Source: Camelus ferus (Eukaryota). From it: 64,000 nucleotides of DNA. The notes under the pieces are model-generated. The model did not search any database. It was not told the DNA's origin and was given only the letters and a program-made list of their open reading frames with translations. The position numbers and the translations under genes are program-made. Each line of letters begins with the position of its first letter. Position 1 is the first letter of the stretch. The DNA lies in assembly GCF_009834535.1 (NCBI RefSeq), contig NC_045696.1, positions 116,562,001-116,626,000 on the forward strand. The letters run 5' to 3'. Of this stretch, positions 51,588-64,000 are shown piece after piece.

Positions 51588-53357
51588 GCAGGTTCACCTT
51601 CAAATTGCTCTCTCTTGCATGTATTTTGACCCTGATAATACTATTAAGAAGACACACCAATTATGGTTGCTTTCTAGAGTTAAGTGACTTTCCCACTGTC
51701 CATGAAATCCACTACCAATAAGGCAGGAACTAGATTTGAATGCCATGCTCTTTCCACTAGACCACATGACCTTAGGGGTCAACTGATTATTTCATAATTT
51801 CAGAAGGCATCTAATGATCTATCATCAGCAGGACTAATGCCAAGTCAGATCCAGAAGGAAAGACGCTGCACTCAGTAGCAATAGAAACTATGTTTATATA
51901 AAACACTTCCAAGTCAAACCAGTTGACACAGTCATCAATAGAGCTGATTGCTGTGCGATATAAACCGACTCAACCTACTTTGTCATTTTAGTGCCTAAGA
52001 ATGATGGCTGCAGGCTTCAAAAAGGGAAGAGTATTTTGGAGTTGAATTTAACCTCTTGCGCAGCCCTTTTCATCTTCCAGAAAGTTTATGACTTTTGCAA
52101 GGTGACACAGTTGGTTACTGGCAGAAACAGTCAGGACCCAGGTTTAAGATGGTGCATTTCCCCTTACGCTGTCTTACCTTAGGGGAAACTGAGATGGTCA
52201 AATTGTTTCTATTTTGGCTGGGCTATAGGGGCTGGAAGAAATGCAAAGGACATGCAAAGCAAGTCAGATTTACTGTGTCCCATGCTTCTTGGACTAGATG
52301 TTCCTCTCTGTGTTCTGCTGCCCATTATGAGAGTATGTCAGTAAGCCTGTTAGATGGTGTTTGTTATTAAAGTAATAGCCTTTCCTTGGAAAATATGAAT
52401 ATTTTTAGCTTCTGAAGGAAGAGCTTGCCTCAAAGAGCATTTGCTTACACGTGGTAGGTAGTAAATATATCTTCAGTCTATTATCTTCTAGCTTTCATCA
52501 TCTTCTTCAAATACGTAGTTCTCTGTAAAAGATCTGAGGATCATACATTTTTTGCCCACCCCATAAAGCATCCAGGTCTTACATCCATGTGCCGTTTTAC
52601 TGTGGAAAAGTAATCTAAATTACTACACTTCCCAGTTGCTCATTACTCTTTAATTTTTCTTCTTTTAATTACTTTTTATTTCAACTTCAATTATGTTTCC
52701 CCTGTTTTTCCTCATCACCATCCCCCACAAGTTGCACAGCAAGTGTACTTCGTTCTAAACAAGGATACTGTCTTAATTCATCAGCCATGTGGTCAATTAA
52801 TTAGCCTAAATCCTTGAACACCTGTCAAGTCTTGCTGACTTGGCAGGTTCTTCTTTTCCTTCTATGCTTTGTCTTTTGGACTTGTCATTTGGTTAAGTTC
52901 TGGTGATGAATAATGTGGTTTTGCTGCAGGTTAGAGTGCTTTTAAATTTTAAATTGGAATCTGAGTCTACAGTCTCTTTCTGTGCTAAACCAAAACATTT
53001 TAAAAACATTTAGTCTATCTTTACCTAGTAATCTACATAATTTCCCAAGACTCTGTCAATTATTGAAGTGTTGTTAGGGGGATGGAATTTGGCTGTTATT
53101 TTTGAAATCCAGACCTAAAGGAGGCTGCTGCATTAGCCTTCTAACTGATATTCTTTAAGTTTTTTTTTTTTATGCATAATACTTTCCCCAGCTCTTCCAG
53201 TTTCTCACACTTAAGTCATGCAAAGGCACCCACTGGTTCCCAAGTATGTCTCAGTGCCTTTCTTTACCCATTCTATCTACATGAAATGCCCATCACCCAC
53301 ACAGCAAGGCTCAGCTGAAAGGTCACCTCCTCCATGAAGTCTTGCTAACCCCTGCTA

Positions 53358-53790
53358 ACTTAGACTGGGTTTTCTAGAAGCAGAGCCTGAGGCAAGGATT
53401 CATATGAACTTGATTTATGGTGGAGATGCTCTTAGGAGGAAGTGGTAAGTGACAGAAGCAGGATGGCAAAGAAGAAAGAGCAAAGTTGTTATCTTGGGAA
53501 AACCTTGCCTTGGCCTGAACCACTGGTGGTGGGGTGAGTCTCTCTAGAGCACAGATCACACCACAAAGTCTTTTCTCCATGAGACAAGGGGCTCAGTCTT
53601 TCTTATCCTTATACTGATTAATCATTAACTCTAGGCTGTCTTGAGGGTTGGTGAAAATTTCTAGCCATGTGGTTCCCATCAACAGAGGGCAATTTTCTCA
53701 AGAAAAGGACATCTGTGAGCTCTGAACAGCCAACACTCACAGGAGGCAGGACCCAGTAAATGTGACAGGGAGGGGCCCCAACAGCATCTA
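53358..53790 (-). mobile_element. ERVL solo LTR (LTR16-like)
   Basis: cttagactgggttttctagaagcagagcctgaggcaaggattc is the antisense LTR16/33 3' end. Confidence 0.7.
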
Positions 53791-54724
53791 AAACTTACTA
53801 AATTAGAACTTTTTTCCCTTTCCCATGCCGGACTGTCTGCCGCCAAGGAACAGAACTGAAAAATGCCACTGTTTCTGTCTCACTCTACTAAAAGGAGAAG
53901 GTCCAGATATGGTACAACAGAATGAATGAGACCAGAAAAGCAGATAAAGAATGGTGAGAGATTCTATCAAGTCTAGATAGAATCATATGACTTGATGGCA
54001 TCCCTAAGTATAGTTTACACTGAATACCCTTCCCAGTTTCATGGACAAAGTTCTCCCTTTCTCTTGTTCTTTCTCTTTCTGTTCTTAAATTACTTTGAGA
54101 TGAAGTTTTACCAACCAGCAATTCTGTTCAATACAGCACACTGCTTACTCTGGCCTTTAATAACTGCCATCTATATTTCTAGGACATCACACCCAGCCCT
54201 TTGTCTGTCCTCAGTTATTAGCTGGGACAAAGGAAGCATCCTGAATCCCTGGATTTCATCCTGGCTTTGTCTTTCAGCTGCCCATGCTGTGGTGAGATGA
54301 ACTATTTGGAGGCAAGACTAAAAATCTACCAGCGGAGCTGATTTTCATCTTTTCCTCATGAACACTACCTGTATTTCACAGAGGTAGAGATTTTAAAGGT
54401 GAATTAACGTAGCCCCCATCATTTTACTGATGAGAAATCAATGTTTTAGAGGCATTTATTAAGGCTGAAGGTAGATCCTGACTCAGAGTCACCAAATTTC
54501 TGGTCCAGGGATCTTTCTACTTCTGCAGTCTGTCCCCTCCAACCTCACTGGAGTCAATTCCCTCTCCTGGAATCTAGTGAAAGATCACTGCTCCCTGGTT
54601 CTAGTGAGTGAGAGGGGAGTTCAGACTATGTTTAGAAAATGGACTGATCCCCTGCAGTCATATATGTAACCTAATTACATGAACTCTAAATTCTGTAAAA
54701 TTAATCTGAAAGAGTGTGGGGTTT

Positions 54725-54860
54725 AGAGAGAGTGTAGCTCAAGTGGTAGAGTGCGTGCTTAGCATGCACAAGGTCCTGGGTTCAATCCCCAATACCTTCC
54801 CTTAAAAAATAATAATAAGACATAAAACTAATTACATCCCCTCTCAAAAAAAAAAAAAAA
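54725..54860 (+). mobile_element. tRNA-Ala-derived camelid SINE (Vic-1-like)
   Basis: Head tagctcaagtggtagagtgcgtgcttagcatgcacaaggtcctgggttcaatcccc carries Pol III A and B boxes, followed by an A-rich linker, ctaattacatccc and poly(A). TSD aaagagtgtggg at 54709-54720 and 54859-54870. Confidence 0.9.
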
Positions 54861-56344
54861 AGAGTGTGGGTCTTTCACAAGGTTCATATTACTTTTCTAC
54901 GTCGGTTTACCCAAAAATACTTAAAAAATAGAATCTGTGTCTTTTTACGATTCCAAAAGTAAGAATTAACTAAAAAAAAAAAAAAAAAACTATCTCCCTC
55001 AGCTTCTGAATATTACTTCCTGAATATTTCTGCTTTCATTTCCAACATAAGCATTAGTATTATTATTAATCTTTTTCCTTTGCAAAGAGCTTGCTTATCA
55101 ACAACCAGTAAGACAGACTACAAGCCTCAAAAAGGTAGTGTTAAAATAGCAAAGTTTATTTGTTAACAACTTTAAAAGATTTCAGCTCCACCCTAGAAAT
55201 CTTTGTTAGGAGCCAAATGGAGATGGGCCTCACTCTTGTAGCACAGACTGTACTGTTGACCCAGTAGAGACACATGAACAGCAGATTAATTTCCCACTCA
55301 AACCTGGGAACAAAGTCATTTATCCTTCCTTCTCATCCTTGGAAATAAATGGCCCTCTTGTTCACATTTTTATGTACTGACTTCCCACATCATCAACTCC
55401 ATCTAATTCCATCCTTTTCGTAGTACACTTTTGGTTCCCTCCTTCATGAAAGGCAGGTCCATTGGAGGAACTTTGGTGGGGAGGTCAGGTAAGAGACCTA
55501 ATCCCCTCTTCTCATTAGAGGGTCCACATGGACAGGGAAGCAAAATCTAAAATCTCCATGTGAATTCCTGGGAAATTTCCGAGGGAGGGAACCAACAGCA
55601 AAATGATATTGTGCTTCTTCCTAATAAAAGCCTTTATTTCTTAATCCCTAGAAAGGACAAAGATCATATTTAAGGTATTTAGTTACAAACAACTTATATG
55701 ACTCGGCTTTCTACATTTTGGGAAGATGCAGCTTTATACGATGGGAAGAATATTTACTTGGGAATATGGAAATCTAGTCTGTACTTAGATGCGTATTAGA
55801 TGCATGGCACAGGACAGATTGATACCTCAGGCTTCTCGATTAGATTACCTCAAAGTCCCTTCTAGCTACAGTCTGCCATGACTATTCTCCAACAGTTGGG
55901 AATATGGGGCCCAGGCAAAGGCATGGATGACCCTGGATGCTTATACAACACAGACCAAGCAGGTTCAATAACCTTTCCATGTGTCTAGCTCATTTCCACT
56001 TCCTCCATTTAATCCTGTTTAAAGAAATAAGGTCTCAACAGGACCCTGTAAGTTCCTGCAAAACAACCTGCATGTGCTATTTAGAGTTCTGTCAGTATCA
56101 TGGTCTTTAATTGGAAGCATTACTTCCTTCTGAGTCATTCTTTTTGATTTCCAACAGTGGCATTTTTCAGTTCTGTTCCTTAAAACACTTAATATTCTTC
56201 ATTAAAAAGTTCTATAATGAAATAGATTTAACAAACACTATATATACCATATACTCCCCAAGCAATTCATTTTGTTCTCTGGATACTAAAAGTTCACTGA
56301 AGTCCTGCTGTAAAGACCCCTGCTTAATTTTATTTAACACAGGA

Positions 56345-56795
56345 TGGTAGGCAGAATAACTGTCTCCAAGGATGTCTATGTTCTAATCCTCAGAACCTGT
56401 TAATACGCTATGCTACATGGCAATGAGGAATTAGGGTTGCAAATCAGCTGACCTTGAGATGGGAAGGTTAACCCAGATTATTTGAGTAGGGCCAATGTAA
56501 TAACAAGAGTCTTTAAAAGTGGAAGATGGAAGCAGAGTCAGTTTTAGAGTCAGAGAGACTGACTGGCCGCTGCTGGCCTTGAAAATGCAAGGAGGTGACT
56601 TCTAGAAGCTAGAAAAGGTGAGAAAATGACTCCACCTTAGACCCTCCAAAAGGAACTCAGGCCTGCTGACAACTTAATTTTAACTCAGAGAAACCCACTT
56701 TGGACTTCTGGTCACCAGAACTGTAAAATAACGTATTATTTTAAGCCACCAAGTTTGTAGTAATTTGTTACAGCAAGCCATACAATGCTAATACA
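56345..56795 (+). mobile_element. MaLR solo LTR (MLT1C/D-like)
   Basis: tggtaggcagaataa...ccttgagatgggaag...tctagaagctagaaaagg...ttaagccaccaagtttgtagtaatttgttacagca...aataca. Confidence 0.88.
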
Positions 56796-56902
56796 ATGTT
56801 TTCCAACATTATATGACCATTTTGTGTCCTGGAACATGTGTCCAAATTTGGGACAAAACTTGGGGGTAATCCTAGTCTCAGCTCTTCTTTCTTCTCTTGA
56901 TT

Positions 56903-57476
56903 AGCCATATCCAACAGAACTTCTTGTAATGATGGACGTCTTTTATATCTGTGCTGTCCAAAATAGGAACCATCAGCTACTGTTAGTTCTTAATGTCAGG
57001 AGCTTTTTGGATATGAACTGGGCCCCATACACAGACAGCAAGCAGAGGCTGAAGAAAGAGATAGACCAGGAAACATGCATCCGAGGCTTGTTTTGGGTGT
57101 CTGCAAGATTTGTAGATCTCCACAGCTGCCCACTGTATCTTAAAAAGTTAGAGGTCTTAACTGGGTTCACTGACATATCCCTTCCAGATGGTCTCAGCAG
57201 CACCTTACTCTCTCAGGGCTGCATCCTTGAAACAGCTCCCACTGTGGGAATGGTGGGCAGAATGTACATTCCAAGGACAGGTGGAGGGGTGGAGTCTCCG
57301 ATTGCTTGGGTTGGCTCTCAGGTCAACCAGGGGTCACATCCTCTTGAGCGTCTCCAAAAGCTACAGAGCACCTGAATTATGGCTGGTGAAATTGAGGAAC
57401 TGAAATTTAAATTTTATTTTAATTAATTTAAGTTTAGCTACATGTGGCTAGTGGTTACCATATTGGACAACACAGC
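56903..57476. mobile_element. MER3-like hAT MITE split by an LTR-like insertion (56981-~57359)
   Basis: MER3 halves ccaacagaacttcttgtaatgatgga...tgtgctgtcca and gaggaactgaaatttaaattttatt...catgtggctagtgg...ggacaacacag; gctac is repeated at both insert junctions. Confidence 0.7.
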
Positions 57477-57939
57477 TTTAGATCAAAGTTTTCAAATTCA
57501 GTTGCCTATAGGGGCCAGGCAGGATATATAAATACGAGAAGCTGATCAAATAAAACAAAACAGCAGTAGAAGCATTATGATGAATGACACTGACTCTTTG
57601 GTTCAGTGTTCCAGAGACTGATAAGGAATACTGGAGAATGGGAGAAAGAGTATTTTTTGGTATGCCTTGGCTATGAGGGGCAAGGCAACTCTGCTCCTGC
57701 AGGTTACTGCAATGAGGGAACAAAGCTTATCATCAGAACGAATTCTTCAAGAGATCTGTGTTTTTATCTTAACTACTCTGATTTCTCAAAGTTTCAGATA
57801 AAAGCAAGCATAGCTCTGGGTCACATTAACCTTTAGACTTCTGTGCAGAAGCCCTGAAGATGAATAATGCAGAAATTTTTCCATTATTTTAATTCTGAGG
57901 CCCTGGCCTAAGGAAGAGGGGGTATGTCAGTATTTAAGG

Positions 57940-58140
57940 TAGGGCTGCTGAGTACAGCTGTATAGACAGGGCACTGCCCAAGAACACACATACCAGGAGT
58001 CACCACTGATGTCCACATGAAGGTTGTATATGTTTATTCAGATAATTTTCTAGCAGATAGCAGTAAACTGTTTTGTTCCAAGAGAACCAGAACATTATGA
58101 CAATTTTCCAACAGATGGAAGTAAACTGCCTTGAAGAAAT
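57940..58140. mobile_element. Probable hAT-type MER fragment
   Basis: Internal near-repeat gataattttctagcagatagcagtaaactg / gacaattttccaacagatggaagtaaactg, reminiscent of hAT-Tip100 MER elements; family not certain. Confidence 0.35.
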
Positions 58141-58222
58141 AGTTTTTTGTTTATTTGTTTTTCACTTACTGTACAGGCTAGTGGCAACTCTGAGGAGAGG
58201 TCTGAGTTCAAAGGAGAATGTG

Positions 58223-61200
58223 ACCTAAAGCAAATACTAACAGACATAAAAGGAGAAACTGATGGAAACAAAATCATAGTAGGAGACTTTAACACCCCAT
58301 TAACATCACTGGACAGATCTTCAGAAAGAAAATCAATAAGGGGACGGAGAAGCTAAATGACACAATAGAATAGTTGGACTTGGTTGATATTTTTATGGCA
58401 TTACATCCTCCCAAAACCAGAATATACGTTATTTTCAAGTGCACATGGAACATTCTGTAGGACAGATCATGTACTTGGGCACAAAAGAAGCCTCAACAAG
58501 TTTAAGAGGACAGAAATTATTTCAAGCATCTTTTCTGACCACAATGCCATGAAGCTAGAAATCAACCACAGAAGAACAAAGGAAAATAAAACAACAGCAT
58601 GGAGATTAAACAATATGCTATGAAAAAAACAATGGGTCAATGATGAAATTAAAAGATACTTTGAGACAAACAACAGTGAAAACACAACCACACAAAATCT
58701 ATGGGATGGAGCAAAAGCAGTCCCAAGAGGGAAGTTCATAGCAATACAGGCCTTCCTCAAAAAAGAACAATCTCAAGTAAACAACCTAACCTATCACCTA
58801 AAAGAATTAGAAAAAGAAGAGCAAATAAAACCTAAAGGCAGAAGGAAGGAAATAACAAAGATTAGGGAGGAAATAAGTAAAATAGAGATAAAAAACAGAG
58901 AGAATCAATCAAACCAAAAGCTGGCTTTTTGAAAGAGTAAACAAAATTGACAAACCTCTGGCCAGGCCCACCAAGAAGAAATGAGAGAGAACAGAAATAA
59001 ATAAAATAAGAAAGGAAAATGGAGAAATTACAACCAACACCACAGAAATAAAAAAAAAGTAAGAGAATACTATGAACAACTATATGGAAACAAATTGGAC
59101 AACCTAGAAGAAATGGACAAATTTCTGGAAACATAGTCTACCAAGACTGAATTAAGAAGAAACAGACCACTTGAACAGATTGAACACTAGAAATGAAACA
59201 AAATTAGCAATAAAAAACCACCCTACAAACAGAAGTCCAGGACCAGATGGCTTCACTGGGGAATTCTACCAAACATACCAAGAAGAACTCATACTGGTCC
59301 TTCTTAACTCTTAACAAAAGACTGAAAAGGAAGGAGTACTACCAAACTCATTCTATGAAGCCACTATCATCCTGATACCAAAACCAGACAAAGGCACTAC
59401 CGAAAAAGAAAATTACAGGCCAATATCACTGACACATAGATGCAAAAATCCTTAACAAAATATTAGCAAACAGAATCTAATGGCACATAAAAATAAAAAT
59501 CATACACCATGTTCAAGCTGGATTCATCCCAGGGACACAAGGATGGTTCAACATATACAAATCAATCAATGTGATACACCACATCAACAAAAGAAAGCAC
59601 AAAAATCACATGATCATCTCAACAGATGCAGAAAAAAGCATTTGGTAAAATTCAACAGCCATTTATGATAAAAACTCTTACCAAAGTGGGTATAGAGGGA
59701 ACATATTTCAATGTAATAAAAGCTATTTATGATAAACACAAAGCCAGCATAATATTCAATGGTGAAAAACTGAAAATCTTCCCACTATACTCTGAAACAA
59801 GACAAGGAAGCCCACTCTCACCACTTCTATTCAACATAGACTTGGAAGTCCTAGCCACAGCAATAAGGCAAGAAAAAGAAATAAAAGGAATCCAAATTGA
59901 AAGAGAAGAAGTAAAATTGTCACCATATGCAGATGACAGGATACTATATATAGAAAACCCTAAAAGCTACAAACAAAAACTACTAGAGCTGATAAGAGAT
60001 CTCGGCAAGGTAGCAAGATACAAGATTAACATACAAAAATCAGTTGCATTTCTTTACACTAACAATCAATCAACAGGAAAAGAAAGTAAAGAAACAACGC
60101 CTTTTAAAATCACATCCAAAACAATAAAATACTTAGGAATAAATCTGACCAAGGCAGTAAAAGACTTATACATGGAGAACTACAGAACACTGATTAAGGA
60201 AATTAAAGACGATTTAAAGAAATGGAAAGATATCCTATGTTCTTGGATTGGAAGAATCAATATTTTTAAAATAGTCATACTGCCCAAGGCAATCTACAGT
60301 AAAACGCAATCCCTATCAAATTACCCAAAACATTTTTCACAGAACTAGAACAAACAATCCTAAAATTTATATGGAATCACAAAAGACCCAGAATTGCCAA
60401 AGCAATACTGAATAAAAAGCACAAAGCTGGAGGAATTACCCTCCCAGACTTCAGACAATACTACAGAGCTACAATAATCAAAACAGTGTGGTATTGGTAC
60501 AAAAATAGACATATGGAACAGTATAAAGAGCCCAGAAATAAACCCACAGATCTATAGCCAATTAATCTTCAACAAAGGAGGCAAGAACATACAATGGAGA
60601 AAAGACAGTCTCTTCACCAAGTGGTTTGGGGAAAACTGGATAGCAGTATGTAAATCAATGAAGTTAGAACACTCCCTCACACCATATACAAAAATAAACT
60701 CAAAATGGATTAAAGACTTAAACATAAAAAAACACACTCTAAACCTCCTAGAAGAAAACACAGGCAAAACATTCTCTGACATAAATCTTAGCAATGTTCT
60801 CCTAGGGGAGCCTACCCAGGCAATGGAAATAAGAGCAAAAATAAACAAATGCGGCCTAAACTCATAAGCTTTTGCACAGGAAAGGAAACCATAAGCAAAA
60901 CAATGGGAGAAAATATTTGCAAATAATGTGACTGACAAAGGTTTAATTTCCAGAATATATAAAGAGCTCATACAACTTAATAACAAAAAGACAAACAACC
61001 CAAACCAAAAATGGGTAGAGGACCTAAACAAGCAGATCTCCAGTGAAGACATACAAATGGCCAACAGGCACAAGAAAAAATGCTCAATACTGCTATTATC
61101 AGAAAAATTCAACTCAAAACTACAATGAGGTATCACCTTACACCAGTTAGAATGGCCATTATTCAAAAATCCATGAATGACAAATGCCAAAGAGGGTGTG

Positions 61201-61940
61201 GAAAAAAGGGAACCCTTCTACACTACTGGTGGGAATGCAGTTTGGTGCAGCCATTATGGAAAACAGTATGGAGATTCCTCAAAAAACTAAAAATAGATGT
61301 ACCCTATGATCCAGCAATCCCACTCCTGGGTATATATCCAGAGGGAATTCTAATTTAAAAAGATACATGCACCCCAATGTTCATAGCAGCACTAGTTACA
61401 ACAGCCAAGACATGAAAGCAACCTAAATGTCTATCGACAGATGACTGGGTAAGAAGTTGTGGTATATTCATAAAATGGAATACTATTCAGTCATAAAAAA
61501 GAATAAAATGATGCCAATTGCAGCAATATGGATGGTCCTAGAGATTATCATACTAAGTTAAGTAAGTCAGATAAAGGAAAATACCACATGATATCACTCA
61601 TGTGGAATCTGAAAAAAAAAAAAAAGGAAAAAAGTATACTATGAACTCATCTACAAAACAGAAACGGACTCAAAGACAGTAAAGAATCTTATGGTTACCT
61701 GGGAAAGAGGGTGGGAAGGGATAAATTTGGGAGCTTGAGATTTGCAAATGTTAATCACTATATATAAAAATAGATTTAAAAAAATAAATTTCTTCTGTAT
61801 TGCACAGGGAACTATATTCAATATCTTGTAATAACTTTAAATGAAAATGAATATATGTAGGTATATACACGACTGGGACATTGTGCTGTACATCAGAAAT
61901 TGACACATTGGAACTGACTGTACTTCAGTTAAAAAACAAA
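58223..61940 (+). mobile_element. 3.7-kb 5'-truncated L1 (most of ORF2 plus 3' UTR), inactive
   Basis: 13-bp TSD aaaggagaatgtg (58210-58222 and 61941-61953). Endonuclease motifs IIVGDFNTPL and SDHNAMKLEI, RT motifs [15 protein letters not shown] and KYLGINL, and a HYWWEC knuckle; multiple stops and frameshifts. Confidence 0.96.
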
Positions 61941-62119
61941 AAAGGAGAATGTGTAGGAAGGCTGAAAATCAGATAAACTTCAGCTTTATGAATCCATTGC
62001 TAGCAAACTCTCAATTATCTTTTTCTTATACATTTATTAAAAGGCACGATCTGAATCTTTCCCCAGAGGGTGCCAGACCACTTATACTAGCTGGGCATTC
62101 CTGCTAGGTTCCTCTTCCC

Positions 62120-62252
62120 AGAGAGCACTCCACTTTGCTCTCACTTGCTCTTCACTGCAGTGGCTTGTTTAACTGCTTTATCTGCAGTCCCGGTGCCTGC
62201 TAACACAGAATCCTCACACAGAAGCTGCTCAATAGATTCTTGTTGAAGGAAT
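62120..62252 (+). mobile_element. L2 3' tail fragment
   Basis: acacagaagctgctcaatagattcttgttgaaggaat resembles the L2 terminus. Confidence 0.5.
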
Positions 62253-62889
62253 ACTCTTTGTCTCATACTCTCACTACAGGTGTCTTCTTCCATTCCACCT
62301 CTACCAGGTTTTTTCCCTCTCAATCCCTCTCTGTTTTCACCCCTCTCTCTCTCCCTGTTGGCCTGTGAATCACTTTCTGTCTCTTTTCTCTGCCTTCATC
62401 TTTCTATGTGTCCTAACTCCTCTCACGTCGTCTCTTTATCAACTTCGGAATTGCTTCCATATGCCTCTCTTCTCACTTTTACTCTGCTCACCATTTCTAG
62501 CTCTACCTTTGATGGCCTGTTCTCAACAAGTGGGGCTTTAGAATCCACAAAATTGAGACAGCAAAGTGTGGGAGCCATTAACCTTAATTTTCCAATTGTT
62601 TCTTTATTGGATGCTTTCAGGCTTTTCCTCTTTCCAAGATGTGGATCCAGGTTGGAGGATGAGTGGCAGGTGCTTCCAAATAAGAACATCGTTCTCAAAA
62701 GCACCAGGGTAAGGCCATTTAAAAAGTCACTGACCTTCTGCAGCAGGAGACTCCACAGTGCCAGCCTGCCTCTTCTTTTTTTCTCTCTCTTTTTAATCTT
62801 AGGAAATATGCTAGTTTCATCAAAGTGGAATTTCCTGCTGCAAATGAAGGTCAAAGCACTGCTTATTTTAGTTTCCATGGAGTCCACTC

Positions 62890-63110
62890 TTCTCGGGTCA
62901 GAAGCAGTATTCGGGGAGATGAGTCTGGCTCCAACATCACACCAGCCCAACAAGGGAGGCAGGAGGGGTGAAGACGTGTAAATGAAGACAGGATGCTGGC
63001 TGTGCCTTGCTTGCTTTCAGATACTCAGCTGTGAAGAAGCCGCCCCGCCTGACAACCTACTTTGCTTTGAACTATTCTGGATCCGGGTTGCGTGGGCCAG
63101 GCGCAGGCAT
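62890..63110. promoter_or_regulatory. Small CpG-retaining patch with a GC box; candidate promoter or enhancer
   Basis: Several CpGs in unique DNA, gccgccccgcc (Sp/KLF-type) at ~63039-63049 and NRF1-like gcgcaggcat at ~63101-63110. Confidence 0.3.
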
Positions 63111-63599
63111 TCAAGGGAAAGGCTTACTTAGTTTCCCTTCAAGCTGTCTCAGAAACTTAGAATGTTTCAGAAGCAAATTTTCTTTATTTTCAATTAGGCA
63201 CCCATCATTCTGGCATTAAGTTTATATTTGGACTCAGATATATGGCTGCCGATGACAAAAGTAATGAAAAGGTCCCAGAGGCCCCTTTCTCTGGTGCAGT
63301 AGGTGCAAATCAACTAGTGACAGCAACAGAACATGGAAGTGTGTTTGCAGAAGGTGGGTACGCCAAGATCTTCTGCTTTTTTGTAAATTACAAAAGGAAC
63401 CAGTTCTGGGCTGTCCATTTAAACTCTCATTTAAATGGTGATTGCATTATAGAGGAAGGTCTCTTGGCTGACCACTGCCTCAAGCTGGCCTCCATGATTT
63501 CCTTGTAAACAGCCAAAGGACCTCTTTCCTTGGTTAATCAAAACCCTTGCTTTGACATACATCTGACTGAGCAAGGCTGGAGATTCAGGAGGTAGACAC

Positions 63600-64000
63600 A
63601 AATGCTCTCCCTCACTTTTTCTGCCTCAGCCCCACTGGCCTTTTTTACACTCTTCAATTTCCTGCATTTCTTCTTGCCACTGTTTGTATTTCCTGGAATG
63701 CTCCTTCTTGTTGTCTTCAGCTACTTCCCTTCTGCTCAGGTGTCACTTCCTCAGGTGTCACTTCCTCAGAGGAAGCTTCACCGACTTCCTGACTATTGAG
63801 CATCACAGTAACCTTCCAAATATCAGATTTCACATGGTATAAGCTCTCCTTATTGATTTGTCCAGGTTGGGATATTTCTTTTGGTGATTATCTGATTAAT
63901 GTCTGTCTCCCTTACTAGACTATGTGCTCCACAGACACAGGGCCTGGTTTTGGTTACTCTGCAACTGCAGTATTTGGCAGTGAGCTTATTAACACATGGT
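63600..64000 (+). mobile_element. L2 3' fragment
   Basis: cctggaatgctcctt...ctcaggtgtcacttcctcagaggaagctt...tgtctgtctcccttactagactatgtgctcc; includes a 15-bp tandem duplication at 63735-63764. Confidence 0.75.

Noticed and set aside
54725..54797. Functional tRNA-Ala gene
   Set aside because: The acceptor stem is degenerate, and it is followed by a SINE tail, poly(A) and TSD, so it is a SINE.
59626..60348. 240-aa reverse transcriptase ORF as a novel RT system (retron- or DGR-like)
   Set aside because: It is a fragment of a TSD-flanked, 5'-truncated, frameshifted mammalian L1 ORF2.
60552..61190. 212-aa hydrophobic minus-strand ORF (similar ones at 2761..3162, 22880..23197 and 46222..46431)
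   Set aside because: These are antisense shadows of A-rich L1 ORF2, and the same pseudo-peptides recur at each L1 copy.

Overview
This is AT-rich, CpG-depleted mammalian genomic DNA, most likely from a camelid (camel, llama or alpaca), judged from a tRNA-Ala-derived Vic-1-like SINE at ~54.7 kb and artiodactyl-type L1 3' UTRs. It looks intronic or intergenic and is dominated by interspersed repeats: truncated L1s of several ages (some with target-site duplications, TSDs), ancient L2, MIR and L3/CR1 relics, MaLR/ERVL solo LTRs and hAT-type MER elements. Nearly all ORFs in the supplied track are L1 ORF1/ORF2 remnants, their antisense shadows, or chance ORFs. I could not recognise any named host gene. 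A few + strand exon-like segments (1.9-2.0, 5.9-6.1, 11.3 and 21.3 kb) have compatible splice phases and may belong to an unidentified gene, pseudogene or lncRNA. The best-supported curiosities are a 91-bp L1 3'-transduction with a perfect TSD (6980-7070), a tailless 5'-half tRNA-Gly(TCC) retrocopy with a TSD (4175-4212), an ~80-bp diverged inverted repeat bracketing unique DNA (25046-25767), a 47-bp direct repeat bracketing an exon-like segment (51152-51587) and several nested insertions. I see no evidence for a new multi-gene system, CRISPR array or prokaryotic DNA. Subfamily names and boundaries of old repeats were assigned by eye and are approximate.
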